Made by a program: the position numbers and the translations under genes
Shown here: positions 12,447 to 25,090 of the stretch, piece after piece
Numbering within the stretch: the stretch's first letter is position 1
Layout: each line of letters opens with the position of its first letter
The notes under the pieces: generated by a model
The model's input: the letters and a program-made list of their open reading frames with translations, nothing else
The model's database searches: none
What the model was told of the DNA's origin: nothing
Assembly: GCF_006345805.1 (NCBI RefSeq)
Contig: NC_043000.1
Coordinates: 139,562,001-139,626,000, forward strand
Direction: 5' to 3'
DNA: 64,000 bases
From: Octopus sinensis
Lineage: Eukaryota

Positions 12447-12660
12447 TTTTATCTTCCTTTACTTGTTTTAGTCATGAGACTTCGACTATTCTAGAGCATT
12501 GTATTGAAGAATTTTTTTAGTCGAATGAACTGATCCCCAGTTCTTACTTTTTAATCCTGGTACTTATCCTCTCAATTTCATTTACTAAACCACTAGATTA
12601 CAGGGATGTAAACACACCAACACCGATTGTCAAACAGTAGTGGGGGAGACAAACACACAC
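12447..12660 (-). mobile_element. Old SINE family A-like tail
   Basis: Diverged ttttacttgttt.agtcat...gtaaacacaccaacaccgattgtcaa. Confidence 0.6.
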
Positions 12661-12795
12661 ACACACCACACACACACATATATATACATACACACACACC
12701 ATCTATATATACACTATCTTCACAATATTATTTGTATTTACATTATACACATACATATACATGCATACATATATACATACACACACACACACAAA

Positions 12796-13095
12796 CGAGA
12801 TGTCCAAAAATTAAAGCAACCAACTTTAAAAAATTTTTCCTAAGCAAAATATTGTTATAGTTCAAATTCGATCATTGCATAAAGGAAACACAATTATGAC
12901 ACTTCCAAATTTATTCGATATGACAACCTCTGTTTTGAATCACTGCCTTATGTCTAGGTGTAAATACTTCTCACACTGGACACAGCTGTTCTTGTAGTAT
13001 CAAAGCCCATTCCTGGTGCAGTTTTGCCTTCATGGTGTCAAGCAAAGCATGAGGAGTGCTCAAGCCCCTCGTCTCAAAAATGGAACTATAGCTGT
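12796..13095 (-). mobile_element. Tc1/mariner (maT-like) transposase C-terminus and terminal repeat
   Basis: LDTMKAKLHQEWALILQEQL...RHKAVIQNRGCHIE*; terminus cgagatgtccaaaaattaaagcaacc. Confidence 0.65.
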
Positions 13096-13100
13096 ATTAC

Positions 13101-13160
13101 CTTTGCCTGTTTTGTGGAGGGTTATGATTGTGTTTCGGTCTATATCTGAATTTATTTGGT
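13101..13160 (-). CDS. Candidate internal coding exon of unidentified host gene (xPNKFRYRPKHNHNPPQNRQR)
   Basis: Acceptor ctccttttcgtttcAG and donor AAG|GTAATA on minus strand; 60 nt; open in phase 2-2, compatible with the 10654-10734 exon. A phase 1-1 frame is also open. Confidence 0.45.
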
Positions 13161-13872
13161 CTGAAACGAAAAGGAGACACACTACACTTTTATAATGATG
13201 TATGATTTTCCTATCCTATCACATTTATTGATAGTTATTAAAGTCTGAAACTTCTGTAGCCATTTGGGACACTTTGTAGCTGTTGGTTATGGCTGGTCAG
13301 AAAGTTAATATTAGTTTGATGTCAATTGTTGCTTTTAGCAATAATATAGGCTACCAGACAGACCTGCTGGCTAGAAGCACATAACCACTTTAGTAATGGA
13401 AGCAGGAATACAGACTTCGTCAGAAAAGATTGTGAAAAAAAGCCTTTGAAATAAGATTCTTCAAGGAAAAAATCCCTTCTACATGTGCTGGGGTTATTTT
13501 CCCTTTAACATTTCTATTCACTACACAACATGGATGCCCAGGACTTCAACATGAATTTCCTCTCCTGATGGTACCAACTCCATACTTCACTTTTCGAATT
13601 TTAGAAAGCACCTCAATTTTGAGTGAGAAAAAGTTTTGCCAGATTTTTTGAATGATAACAATAACATTTTCTTATATACTCAGTTTCCTGAACTTCACAA
13701 GCATATTGAATCATAATATGATAATTTTATACATCTACCCTCACACACGTACATACACACTCGCACAAACACAAAAAGACACATATACTGTGCCATAAAC
13801 ACATGCATATGGCTGGATATATATGTATCATCATCATTTGACATCTTTTTTCTATGCTGGCTTATCTGTCTG

Positions 13873-13968
<96 letters not shown>

Positions 13969-14095
13969 GCTATCTATCAGCACACACACACACACTTATA
14001 GCTATATATGCTTGAATATATATGTATATATGCTTATATAAATATGTATATATACATGTGTGCATGTGTGTGCATATTTCGTATATATATATATG

Positions 14096-14148
<53 letters not shown>

Positions 14149-15479
14149 CATGAGCAGAAACTTTGTATTATTTTTCTTATATCAGAGTTACCGTCATTGC
14201 TTGTGAAACTATCTGTGCTAAGAACAAACGATAACTTTGAAAGAGCTAATGGAAATAATAGTAACCAATTCCAAACCACTTATCTGTGGTATCCTACTCT
14301 GAGTTGATTGCCGTTCAAGGAGGGCATTGTTGGCTACAGTAACTTGACTACTTTTCTTTTGGGAAATCATAGTGCTACTTACTACCTTTTGTCTTCACAA
14401 TATGCCAAGGTGTTCAAATTAATGACATATTCTCCCAAAATCAATTTGTCCATTTACAAAGCTGAGCTACACTGATCTAATATCTAAGCATAATGTTGCA
14501 TCAGTTTAAATATTTACCTGATTTGTGGAGAGACTCCTATATTATGTTTGTTCCCTAAGTGATATATATATAATGATATACTTGTTTATTGTTCAAAATA
14601 ATTCCTAAAATTTGGAGATCTAGTTTATCTTTATAAAATATGGCTCCTCCTGAAAATGAAGTTCTTCACATATATTTCAATATTTTGCTCAAAGCATATG
14701 CTACAAAATCTTGATAGAGAACAGAATTACATGCATAGTCAAGCTGGTAATGACCTCATCTAATCATTTTAACTGTACTTTCACTGACAATAATTACAAA
14801 TCTAATCCTTTTCCATCCTTTAGTGTTCAGTGGAGTTTTATTTATTGGTCTCACCAGTCCCCAGTCCAGGAATCTTCTATCAGAACACTCTTTGTGAACA
14901 GCAAGCATGTTTCCTACCTATTGCATGAGTACACTGCTGATTTCATTTCTCAAGTTTTTCTCTCAGAGCCACAAAATCATTCTAATTTTTTTTACTACTG
15001 GATATGACTTACTAATGCAAGTGGTTTCCTTAATTTTATTAAGTTTTCTTGTTTTTCTTTTATTTTTACCTCTGCATTTTAAAACTTGCTCTTTTTTTTA
15101 ATTACTGTATTCTGCTGCCATCATTTCTTTTATCTGTTCTTGTATTACTTTCTCCTCTTATTTAATTTTAATCTTTTGTAAATTATTTTACAGCCAAATT
15201 TTAGTTGCCATTTTATATATGCATGTATATATAGAAAGACATGGGATTTATGCTTATAACCCTTTTCTCTAACCATTTTTCTATGAGTGATCAATGGGTC
15301 TTGGTTGCTGTTGTTTTTAGTAAAAGCAAAAGCCTTGACATATTAAGACACGGTCTCTGAAAGAAACTGCATTGTGTATATTGAAGAATTATAAAGACTA
15401 CTTAACTAGATATAGTTGGTAAGTATTCTTTTTCCAATATAGGTGCAAAGCCTGAAATAGTTTGTAAACATTGGCATAT

Positions 15480-16035
15480 AGGTGTAGGTGTGGCTGTGTG
15501 GTAAGAAGCTTGTTTCCCAACCACTGGTTCTAGGTTCAGCCCACACCTACTATAGCCTAGGGCTGACCAAAGCCTTGTGAGTGGATTTGGTAGACAGAAA
15601 CTGAACTGAAATAAGTTCATTATATATATATATCTATGTGTGTGTGTCTTTGTGTCCATGTTTGTCCTCCCTTCCATTGCTTGACAACTTAGCACCTTGG
15701 CAAAAGAGACAGATAGAATAAGTACCAGGTTTAAAAAATAAGTACTGGGATCAATTCATCATCATCATCATCATCATCGTTTAACGTCCGCTTTCCATAC
15801 TAGCATGGGTTGGACGATTTGACTGAGGACTGATGAACCAGATGGCTGCGCCAGGCTCCAATCTGATCTGGCAGAGTTTCTACAGCTGGATGCTCTTCCT
15901 AACGCCAATCACTCTGAGAGTGTAGTGGGTGCCTTTACATGCCATCTGCACAAGGAATTCATTCAACTTAAAATTCAAGGTGGTGCCCCAGAATGACCGC
16001 AGTCTAATAACTGGAACATGCAATAGATAAAAGAT
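15480..16035 (+). mobile_element. Diverged SINE family A interrupted by an RTE 3' tail (15758-15952, minus)
   Basis: SINE body stops at gatcaattcat and resumes at ggaattcattcaac; aattcat occurs on both sides of the insert. Confidence 0.7.
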
Positions 16036-16267
16036 AACAAATATGTTGCATCAAGAAATGAAAATCACATAATAAATCTAAAGTTAGGAAAGTGTACTGA
16101 AGGCTGTAAACTATTTCTTCATGGTATAATCAATTTATAGATAGACAAGGAAGCATGTTTGTTGGGTGGTTTAGAAATTTATTTTTAAACTGGGTGGCAA
16201 CATGGGTGAATGTCACTAAATCTTTGTATAGAATTTAATACATAAAAACTGTGCAGAAAACTGTGTA

Positions 16268-16671
16268 AGCATAGGAGTGGCTGTGTGGTAAGTAGCTTCC
16301 TTACGAATCACATGGTTCCGGGTTCAGTCCCACTGCATGGCACCTAGGGCAAGTGTCTTCTACTATAGCTTCGGACTGACCAAAGCCTTGTGAGTGGATT
16401 TGGTAGACGGAAACTTAAAGAAGCCTGTCGTATATGTGTATATATATGTGTGTGTATATGTTTGTGTGTCTGCATTTGTCCCCCCCAACATCGCTTGACA
16501 ACTGATGCTGGTGTGTTTACGTCCCCATAACTTAGTGGTTCGGCAAAAGAAACCATTAGAATAAGTACTAGGCTTACAAAGAATAAGTCCTAGGGTCGAT
16601 TTGCTCGACTAAAGGCGGTGCTCCAGCATGGCCACAGTCAAATGTCTGAAACAAGTAAAAGAGTAAAAGAG
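16268..16671 (+). mobile_element. SINE family A
   Basis: Full-length match. Confidence 0.9.
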
Positions 16672-17493
16672 AAACTTGTTAGAGATACTCTATCTGTTTA
16701 GGGTGGTATTTGTAATAGCACCCTTCCTTGAACCTTGAATTCATTCAGTGTATCCCATTGTGTTTTAAACATTTAAGCTTGGTTTTTGATCTAAAGATAT
16801 CTTCCTCTCCTTTATCGGTCTTCCAGATCCTGGGAAGTGTTTCTTGAAGCTGTAAACAAATGATACAGTAATATTCCATAAACTCAAGATAGCACTAAAA
16901 TTGTATACATGCATTGATAACAAATTATCAAATAGCTTACATTAAAGCAAATAAGATCATAAGAATACTAGGTCCCTTGGAAGGAAAATAAAGAACTTTG
17001 ATAAAACTCCTATGAACTTTTGGCATGGCTGATAATCCATTGGTCGAAAGAAATTATTTTTTTTTAACAGAAATTAAATTATAGGACACTCAGAAGCTGT
17101 GATTTCTCTACCTAGATTATATTAAAGTATATGTAATTGTGTGAAAATACATGATAAGTATAAACTTTGTTGTGAAAATCACAAAACAAATATCTTATAT
17201 AAACATATAGAATCATGTTACGATCTCAATCACCTTGCACATTATATATGTATAGCACCTATAAATATAGATATATAAAGTACCAGTGTTAGATCTGTAA
17301 ATATTATCAGTGCATTGCATCAGAGCATTTGTTAATTTTAAATGTAAGTCTTCGATGAATATTACTTTGTTCTTTGTGGTAGAAGAAAAGAAAATATTGA
17401 TCTACTTTATCAAACTACAAACAAATGTTGTAATATTAATACCAATTTCTGATTTATAACATTCTTGAAATAATGATTTCTAACATAATAATG

Positions 17494-17527
<34 letters not shown>

Positions 17528-18737
17528 TGGCAATAATAACAATAATAATGATAATAATAACAACAACAGTAACATCGACATAAATTTAGGACATAAAGAG
17601 ATTATGAGTTAAAATATCAATCAATCTAATTGGTAATAAAGTTCAATTTCAGATAATTTATAGAACTATTTTGGCTTCTAACAGTATGAGACTAATAACA
17701 TTAGGTAATATAATTCAATGCTATTGAACCTCAAAGACCCCAATATACATATATATTCCCCTAAAATTTTGCTTTATGAGTGATTCTAATATAAATTATT
17801 GCCTTCATTAACAAAATGAAAAATTATATTTGCCTTTTCAGGAATATGTGTTTGATTTCCTAAATGGTATCACTCTTTAAGGGAAAGAAACCACTTTAAA
17901 GAGACACAGAAAATTCAGGAACAGCATTTGGTTACATCTACTCAAATCACCAAATTTGTGTGTATATTTATATTGAAAACATACTTAGTGCATATATTTC
18001 TGTTTCCTCTAATTTGTAAACATTACCAGTGTCAACAAATGTATTATACTTCCTCTTTTTCCTTTTACTTCTGAAATGTAAACATCATAAACCATGAACC
18101 ACTAAAAGAAACCATATACAGTCAGTAAATATGCTAGAAGTAGTAACCAAATATCACTCAAATAACACTCTGTTATTTTAAAATAGAGAAAAATACATTT
18201 GAGGGAATCATTACTGGAATATTTTGATAGTTTGTTTAAATAACAACAATAAAATCATGAGATGTTAGCTTTTAACAACTAGAATCTCTAATTCAGTTTT
18301 AATTCCCAAACGAAGCCAAAGAACACCTTTTGTATCTAATTAAACTTTCTATATATAGAAATTCCAACAGCTTGTTTTAATATTTGAAATATGATATTTA
18401 GAAGCTTGTGTGTAATAAAATTACCTGATCTGATTATTGTATTGAGAATTTAGGAAATAGATGTCAACCAGACAACACTCATGAGGTAAACAATAGCAAG
18501 TTTAGCAAATGTAAATCAGAACTTCAAAACATTCTTTTGCATGTTTTCATTAAATACCATTTTTAATTTAAAATCCCAAGCATCAATACAGAAATGAATC
18601 ACAATATAATAAGAGAAATAGATGAAATATAAATCAGGCCGAATATAGCTTACTTTTCATTATGTATTGTTTTCATATGTCATTCTCCTATAGTCTTATG
18701 TTCCCTGGTGTTTCGGTTAAAATCAGAAATAATATAC

Positions 18738-18768
<31 letters not shown>

Positions 18769-18839
18769 TGTATGTATGTATGCATGCATGTATGTATGTA
18801 TGTATGTATCTATCTATCTATCTATACATATATTACATA

Positions 18840-18893
18840 ATATAAGAGGGATGACCATATTGGATGTCCACTTAGTGGCCATCCCTCTTATAT
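18840..18893. mobile_element. Internally deleted relative of the 59.7-kb palindrome
   Basis: atataagagggatgacca...cacttagtggccatccctcttatat; same terminal motif. Confidence 0.6.
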
Positions 18894-19234
18894 GTATGTG
18901 ATATAATTTTTCTGTATCTTCAGATTTTAATATGCTAGACTACTGATTTTAAATTGATATCAGTCAAATTAATATTCAATTTTTTACCCTTATTATTTTA
19001 AATTTAAATTTAAATATCTACAAATATATATTTACATATATAAAGTGAGAATTTGACTGGGATTTTTTGGTACTACCACCTGCAGTTGCTTTCGGAGTTG
19101 CTTTTCAGTGTTGGTGGTGGGCAGGTGGAGATGTGTTGAAGAATACCTTTAGTGTACAATCGGAGTACTGAGTATTAGGGAAATGGTACAGAGGATTTGA
19201 CAGGGTGAGTGGACAAGGATGATAGAGGAAGAAC

Positions 19235-19478
19235 ATAAAAAGCACCATCCGAACGTGGCTGATGCCAGCACCGCCTTGGCTGGCTTCCATGCCGGTGGCA
19301 CCTAAAAAGCACCCACTACACTCGCGGAGTGGTTGGCGTTAGGAAGGGCATACAGCTGTAGAAACACTGCCAGATCAGACTGGAGCCTGGTGCAGCCCCT
19401 GGCTTCCCAGACCCCGTTCAAACCATCCAACCTGTGCTAGCATGGAAAACGGACGTTAAACGATGATGATGATGATGA
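19235..19478 (+). mobile_element. RTE-type 3' tail (family B)
   Basis: One VNTR unit plus tail. Confidence 0.85.
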
Positions 19479-20030
19479 TTAACGTGTCACAAAACAAATT
19501 TGAGTGTGATAACATTACTAGGGGTGCGACATCATCTTAGATGTGCACAGCAACTCCTCCATGACTTCTTTCTCTTCAGTCTGTATTAAATGCAGCCTAC
19601 TCATCTGCTATATTAGAGGTTATGAGCTTTTCTATAAGTGCCATGCATATTGCTTGATTGCATGCAGTAAGGTTTCTGAGGTATAGAATTTTACTTCTGT
19701 TGCAATAGTGTCTGGGGTTTTTTATATATTGGCATCCCTTCTATAAAATCCCAATGAAAGCTGGTGAAGGAAGCTAAGATTGACTAACTTTATGTAATAC
19801 TAGAAATCTAAAACAGTAGTTGTGGGCTTAAATGTCAATTTGTTTGTTATTTATTTTAGTTTTGGATTGTTGGTATAACTCAAATTGAGAATTATGCAAC
19901 AACAGTATTATGGATCAGTTCATTGCCTGACCTATGTTTCCATCAAGGTATCTTACACCTTGATGTACCTCAATTTTTGTGAATCTTTTGAATATATATA
20001 TATATTTGTGTGTATGTGTGTGTGTGTGTG

Positions 20031-20258
20031 TGGAGGCGCAATGGTCCAGTGGTTAGGGGCAGCAGACTCAGTCAGAGGATCGTGGTTTCGATTCCCAGAC
20101 CAGGCGTTGTGTGTATTTATTGAGTGAAAACACCTACAAGCTCCACAAGGCTCTGGCAGGGGTTGGTGGTGACCCCTGCAATGGACTGGGGGGAACACAT
20201 ACGCCACAGAAGCCGGGCCCATGAGCCTGACTAGGCTTGAAAAGAGCAACCTTTATTG
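20031..20258 (+). mobile_element. tRNA-derived SINE family D (internally deleted)
   Basis: GGAGGCGCAATGGTCCAGTGGTTAG head, tttcgattccc B-box, tgcaatggactgg motif. Confidence 0.75.
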
Positions 20259-20297
20259 TTTTATACATGTATGTGTGTGTGTGAGTGTGTATATATG

Positions 20298-20333
<36 letters not shown>

Positions 20334-20966
20334 CATGTGTATGTATATATGTATATGCTTATATACTTATATATATATATACATGTGTATACACATGCAT
20401 GTACACACACACTCATATGTATAAATAGAGATATGTATATATTTATGTATATTTGTATATATGTTTATATATATGTATAGATATATACACATATGCACTC
20501 AGAAAAAGTAATACAAAAAGCAAAACAGATAAAGCAAAGTGGCTAAAAATAAAGATGCTAGCAGTATTGAACAGAATTAAAGATAATGAAGTTTAGGTAC
20601 CCATAATATCTACAGTATTAGACCAAGAATCGATCTGCACTACAATGTGAAAAATTGAACTGGGCCTCAATTATTCATATATGTAATGAGTAGCCAATGT
20701 TGATAAAAACTGATGTTCCTATTGTCATGCATCTATGAACAAGAAATTTAATTTATTCTTCAAAGGGACACTGACAGTTTCCATTAGTAGAAATAAATCA
20801 AATGCTATTCCATTTCACATGATATTTACATATAATTACCATATTCTGGACGGTGGTAGCAAGCATGTGGTGTTTAATGAAATTTTGGGAAACAATTTTC
20901 TTTTCAATATTTTTTACTCAATAGGATTTTATCCCTTTTAAAGTACCTTAGCACATTCAAGCAGAC

Positions 20967-21019
<53 letters not shown>

Positions 21020-21133
21020 ATATATACATATATACATATATACACATATATATACATATATACACATATATATACATATATATATATACATACATGTGTA
21101 TATGTATACATACATGTGTATATGTATACATGC

Positions 21134-21172
<39 letters not shown>

Positions 21173-21187
21173 CACATATGTGTATAA

Positions 21188-22061
21188 ACAAAACCTGATC
21201 AGTAAGTATCCAGACTGTTGCCATAGTAACGAAGCTAAAGCACACAGAGTAACCGCATGACAAATATTGACCTTGAACTTTGCTGTGCATGCGCACTAAA
21301 TTTTAACATTATAGCTCACTTCTGTTGTTTACAGCAGTGCTTGGAAGGAAGGTGTGTAGCGTTTGATCATCACATTGACCATGACAGAGAAAGTCGTCAT
21401 GACAATACCTGCTCAGAGGCCAATGCAAGGTTGCAGAAAGTGTACGGAGTGGTGTGTATGAGCTGCACACATGTGTACAAGTCATTCAGACGTTTCCAAG
21501 ATGGCCCACAAAATGTCGATATTGATGAACGTTCTGGGAGACCTGCAACCAGCACAACTGAGAAAAACATCGCAGATGGGCATGCAGTTGTGAGAGGAAA
21601 TCATTGAATCACCATCCATGAGTTATCAGAGGACGTGCAGATTAGTTATGGTTCAGTTCAGTCCATTATCCCATGTGTCTGCCAGGTTTGTCAAAACTGC
21701 TTTCAGTTGACCAAAAAGACACTTGAGTTTCAGTTGCACAAGATCTCCTTGATTGTGTCGAGAATGGTGGAAACTTTTTGAAAACTTTGTGTAGACCTCT
21801 GAGCAGGTATCACCAAACTTTTGACCAAATTTGATGCAGATTCACTGCTCAGCTTACTCTGTCATGGTCAATGCGACGATCACATGCTACACACCTTCCT
21901 TCCAAGAACTGCTGTAAACAGCAGAAGTGAGCTACAATGTTAAAACTTAGTATGCATGCACAGCAGAAGTTCATGGCCAATCTGTGTCAAGCTGCTTTAC
22001 TTTATGTACTTTAGCTTCATTACTATGGCACAGTCTGTATACTTATTGATCAGAACAGGTA
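21188..22061. mobile_element. Mariner derivative made of two inverted left ends
   Basis: Plus arm encodes ...QKVYG..MS...DERSGRP...ITIHELSE (N-terminal HTH); about 21775-22059 is an inverted copy of the same TIR, 5'UTR and MTE..EQ.ICIKF..K.GDTCSE start. Confidence 0.85.
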
Positions 22062-23944
22062 TATATGTGAGTGTAATCATATATATTTGTGTGTGAGAGA
22101 GTGAGAGTGTGTGTGTACGTATGTATGTATGTATGTATACATTTGTCTTTAGTCTTGTTATGCTGATTTTGTCATTTATTAGAGATAAAACCATGTGGAA
22201 TTTTAAAATATGTCTTTAGCTATCTGCCTAATGCTTAGTTTATTTTTATAGATGTGTAGCTCTCATAAGTCTATATAACTGTGCTGCAGTTCTACAAAGA
22301 TTTCTTCATTTGATACATAAAATTGAGTCTGCTGAAAGTTTATATTCTCTGCTTCTGCCTACACATAATCTGATAATGCAAATTTTATCAAATGTTTTCT
22401 GGCCCAGAGTTGAACGAATTTCTGTCTTCACGCATGTGTAGCCTTTTCTTTTAAGATTAATGTCATTTCTCCTAGTTTAAGTGTAATTCTGTCGTTCAAA
22501 ATTGATTGGTTTTACAATTAACAAAATTTCCAATTCTTCAGAAAGTTATATTCACTTGGGGATCATGCAAGTATGAACCATACATTTGATGATGACTTAA
22601 AATTCTGCTTATCATTAATTAGCATATTGGCATTTTTGAAATTTAATGACTTAAAAATTCCAAGAATATTACAACAAAATATTATTTGCAATCTCTTGGG
22701 AGCATTGTTGTTAACCAAGCATAATCTTCTAATCATCATATCAAACTATTTGATGTATGTTTTCAATTTTGTAATTATTTATTAAACACATTGACATTGT
22801 AAATATTTATAAGAAAGGTTACGTATTATCTCGCATCTGTCCCTTTCGTACCATTCTGAACAATAATGACCTAACACCAAATAGCTCTCACATAGATCTA
22901 ACTACACATGAATGTTTTGTGTTCTTAGATATGTAAATATTGCAGAATGGTTGCATTTATAATGTAAACACTAAAGGAAAAGATGAATTATTTTAAATTA
23001 ATTTCTTTCTCTTGCTTTTAAATTAATTATATCTTTTAAAATAAATTCTCCTCTTTCCATGCAATTGATAGAATTTGGTTAATTCCAGAAGTGTATAAAA
23101 TTAAAGGATAAATTAATTGAAACAGTTTTATTTTCTCTTGGAAAGAGGAGAAGAGAAGACAAACAAAATAGTTATATAAAGATGAATGCTATGCAAACAT
23201 TTTTTTAAAAGAAATATTCCAAACAATTCTTGTATTTTAAACAAAATGAGTTATTGACGGTTGATAAATTTTTATGGAAATTATTTAGCAAACAAACTTA
23301 ATCATTCTCTGGAGAGCAAAATAATATTCTCTGGGAGTTTATCAGCCTTAAAGTAGCTTTTTCTAACTGTTAAATCATTATGGTTTTTAAAGATGATTTT
23401 AGTTGCATTTGTTTTGTAAGACTTGTGTCTATTGCATGAGAAAAGTTTCAATGCTATAAGAATTAAACTGTGCTAAAAGAGACGAATAGTTCCTGCATGT
23501 TGATGCATTAAATATTTGCTGTAAAACGTGAAGAATAGATGTTAAACTACCTACCATGTCGTGATTTTATAATAAATTATGTGTAATCTGTTACTGTGTG
23601 GAACCTACTAGTCTGATGTAAGTAGTAACAAAAACGTAACCTAGCAAACATTTTAATTCTTGGGTTATGAAATTTGAAAACAAATTTCAGCCAGGTTGTA
23701 TCTCAATATTGCCAGAACAGAAATGTTTCAAAGATAACTGGGTTCTGTTAATTTTCAGTATGCTTCATACTATGAAAATATTGTGTTTATCAAACACGAT
23801 TAAGAAAATTAATAAGAAATTCTAAGTCTTGTAGAAATAGCAGGCTGAGTATTGACAGAGAGAAGTAAGTAAAAGAGAGGGTGACTGAATTCAAATTGAA
23901 AGTGAAATAAGAGGCATGATTTTGGGTGAAAAGGAGGAGTATTG

Positions 23945-24176
23945 GCTAGCACCAACTGATCGTGGCCATTGCCAGCCTCGCCTGGCCCCTGTGCCGGTGG
24001 CATGTAAAAAGCACCCACTACACTCATGGAGTGGTTAGCGTTAGGAAGGGCATCCAGCTGTAGAAACTCTGCCAGATCAGACTGGAGCCTGGTGCAGCCT
24101 ACTGGCATCCCAGACTTCGGTCGAACCGTCCAACCTATGCTAGCATGGAAAATGGATGTTAAACGATGATGATGAT
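23945..24176 (+). mobile_element. RTE-type 3' tail (family B)
   Basis: Family match. Confidence 0.85.
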
Positions 24177-24517
24177 ATGGTTGAAAGGATATAATAAGCA
24201 ATATGCATTTGTGAATTGTCACTTGCATTTAGTTCTTAGCATTGTCATTATCCATTATTCTACCATCCACTCAGTGTGTGTCATAATAAAACTAATTGCG
24301 GGGTGTTTCATAAAAAGAGACAGAAAAATTATTAATTTCCTATTGTGTTCAATTCTCCTTCTGTCCCAGTAAGAGATGTGCAGGATTGATAGGTAGCAGT
24401 GGTGGAACCTGTCCAGCAATTGAGAGCTCTTTGCTGTTTTCTTCCAGGTGTCACAGGCGTAGATAGCTGTTGGTTTATCAATAGATGAGTAAAGCTGCAG
24501 GTTTGATTGTTACTGAT

Positions 24518-24776
24518 CATCATCATCATCATCATCATCATCATTTAGCGTCCGTTCTCCATGCTAGCATGGGTTGGACGGTTCAACTGGGGTCTGTGAA
24601 GCTGGAAGGCTTCATCAGGCCCAGTCAGATTTGGCAGTGTTTCTACGGCTGGATGCCCTTCCTAACACCAACCACTCCGTGAGTGTAGTGGGTGCTTTTT
24701 ACGTGCCACCCGCTGATCCTTTAGTCTACAGGTGCCAGACAGAGCTGGCAAACGGCCACGAACGGATGGTGCTTTG
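24518..24776 (-). mobile_element. RTE-type 3' tail (family B)
   Basis: Family match; carries a foreign insert at 24713-24730. Confidence 0.85.
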
Positions 24777-24839
24777 AAGATCAAATTCATCAATAACAAT
24801 CAAACCTGCATTGGAATGCTGATGGTGCTTTATCTATCC

Positions 24840-25090
24840 AGGTAAGGCAATGTCAGAGGTGATGAGAAGTACAGGTATGCAAAGTTTGCAGGACATGATG
24901 ACTAAGCAGCAGATATGATTTACTGGCCAGGAGAGACATGCAACCATTATGATGGAGTAGGTGCCAGGAGGAGGTAAAAGACCAAGACGAAGACGAAGGA
25001 TGATGTGGCACAGCTTCGTATGACAGTGTTGTGAGCTGGTCTCAGCAAAGCTAGAAGGCTTGTTTCCCATTGTGCTGACAGCACCTGAAG
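24840..25090 (+). mobile_element. Degenerate RTE-like LINE C-terminal fragment
   Basis: Reading ...FTGQERH...VPGGGKRPRRRRRMMW resembles the RTE RFAGH...GKRxRGRPxxxW end. Confidence 0.35.

Noticed and set aside
16770-16850. Minus-strand acceptor tcatttgtttacAG with open reading (similar cases near 23518 and 41168 on minus, 17841 and 38255 on plus)
   Set aside because: No convincing in-frame donor before stop codons; expected by chance in AT-rich DNA.
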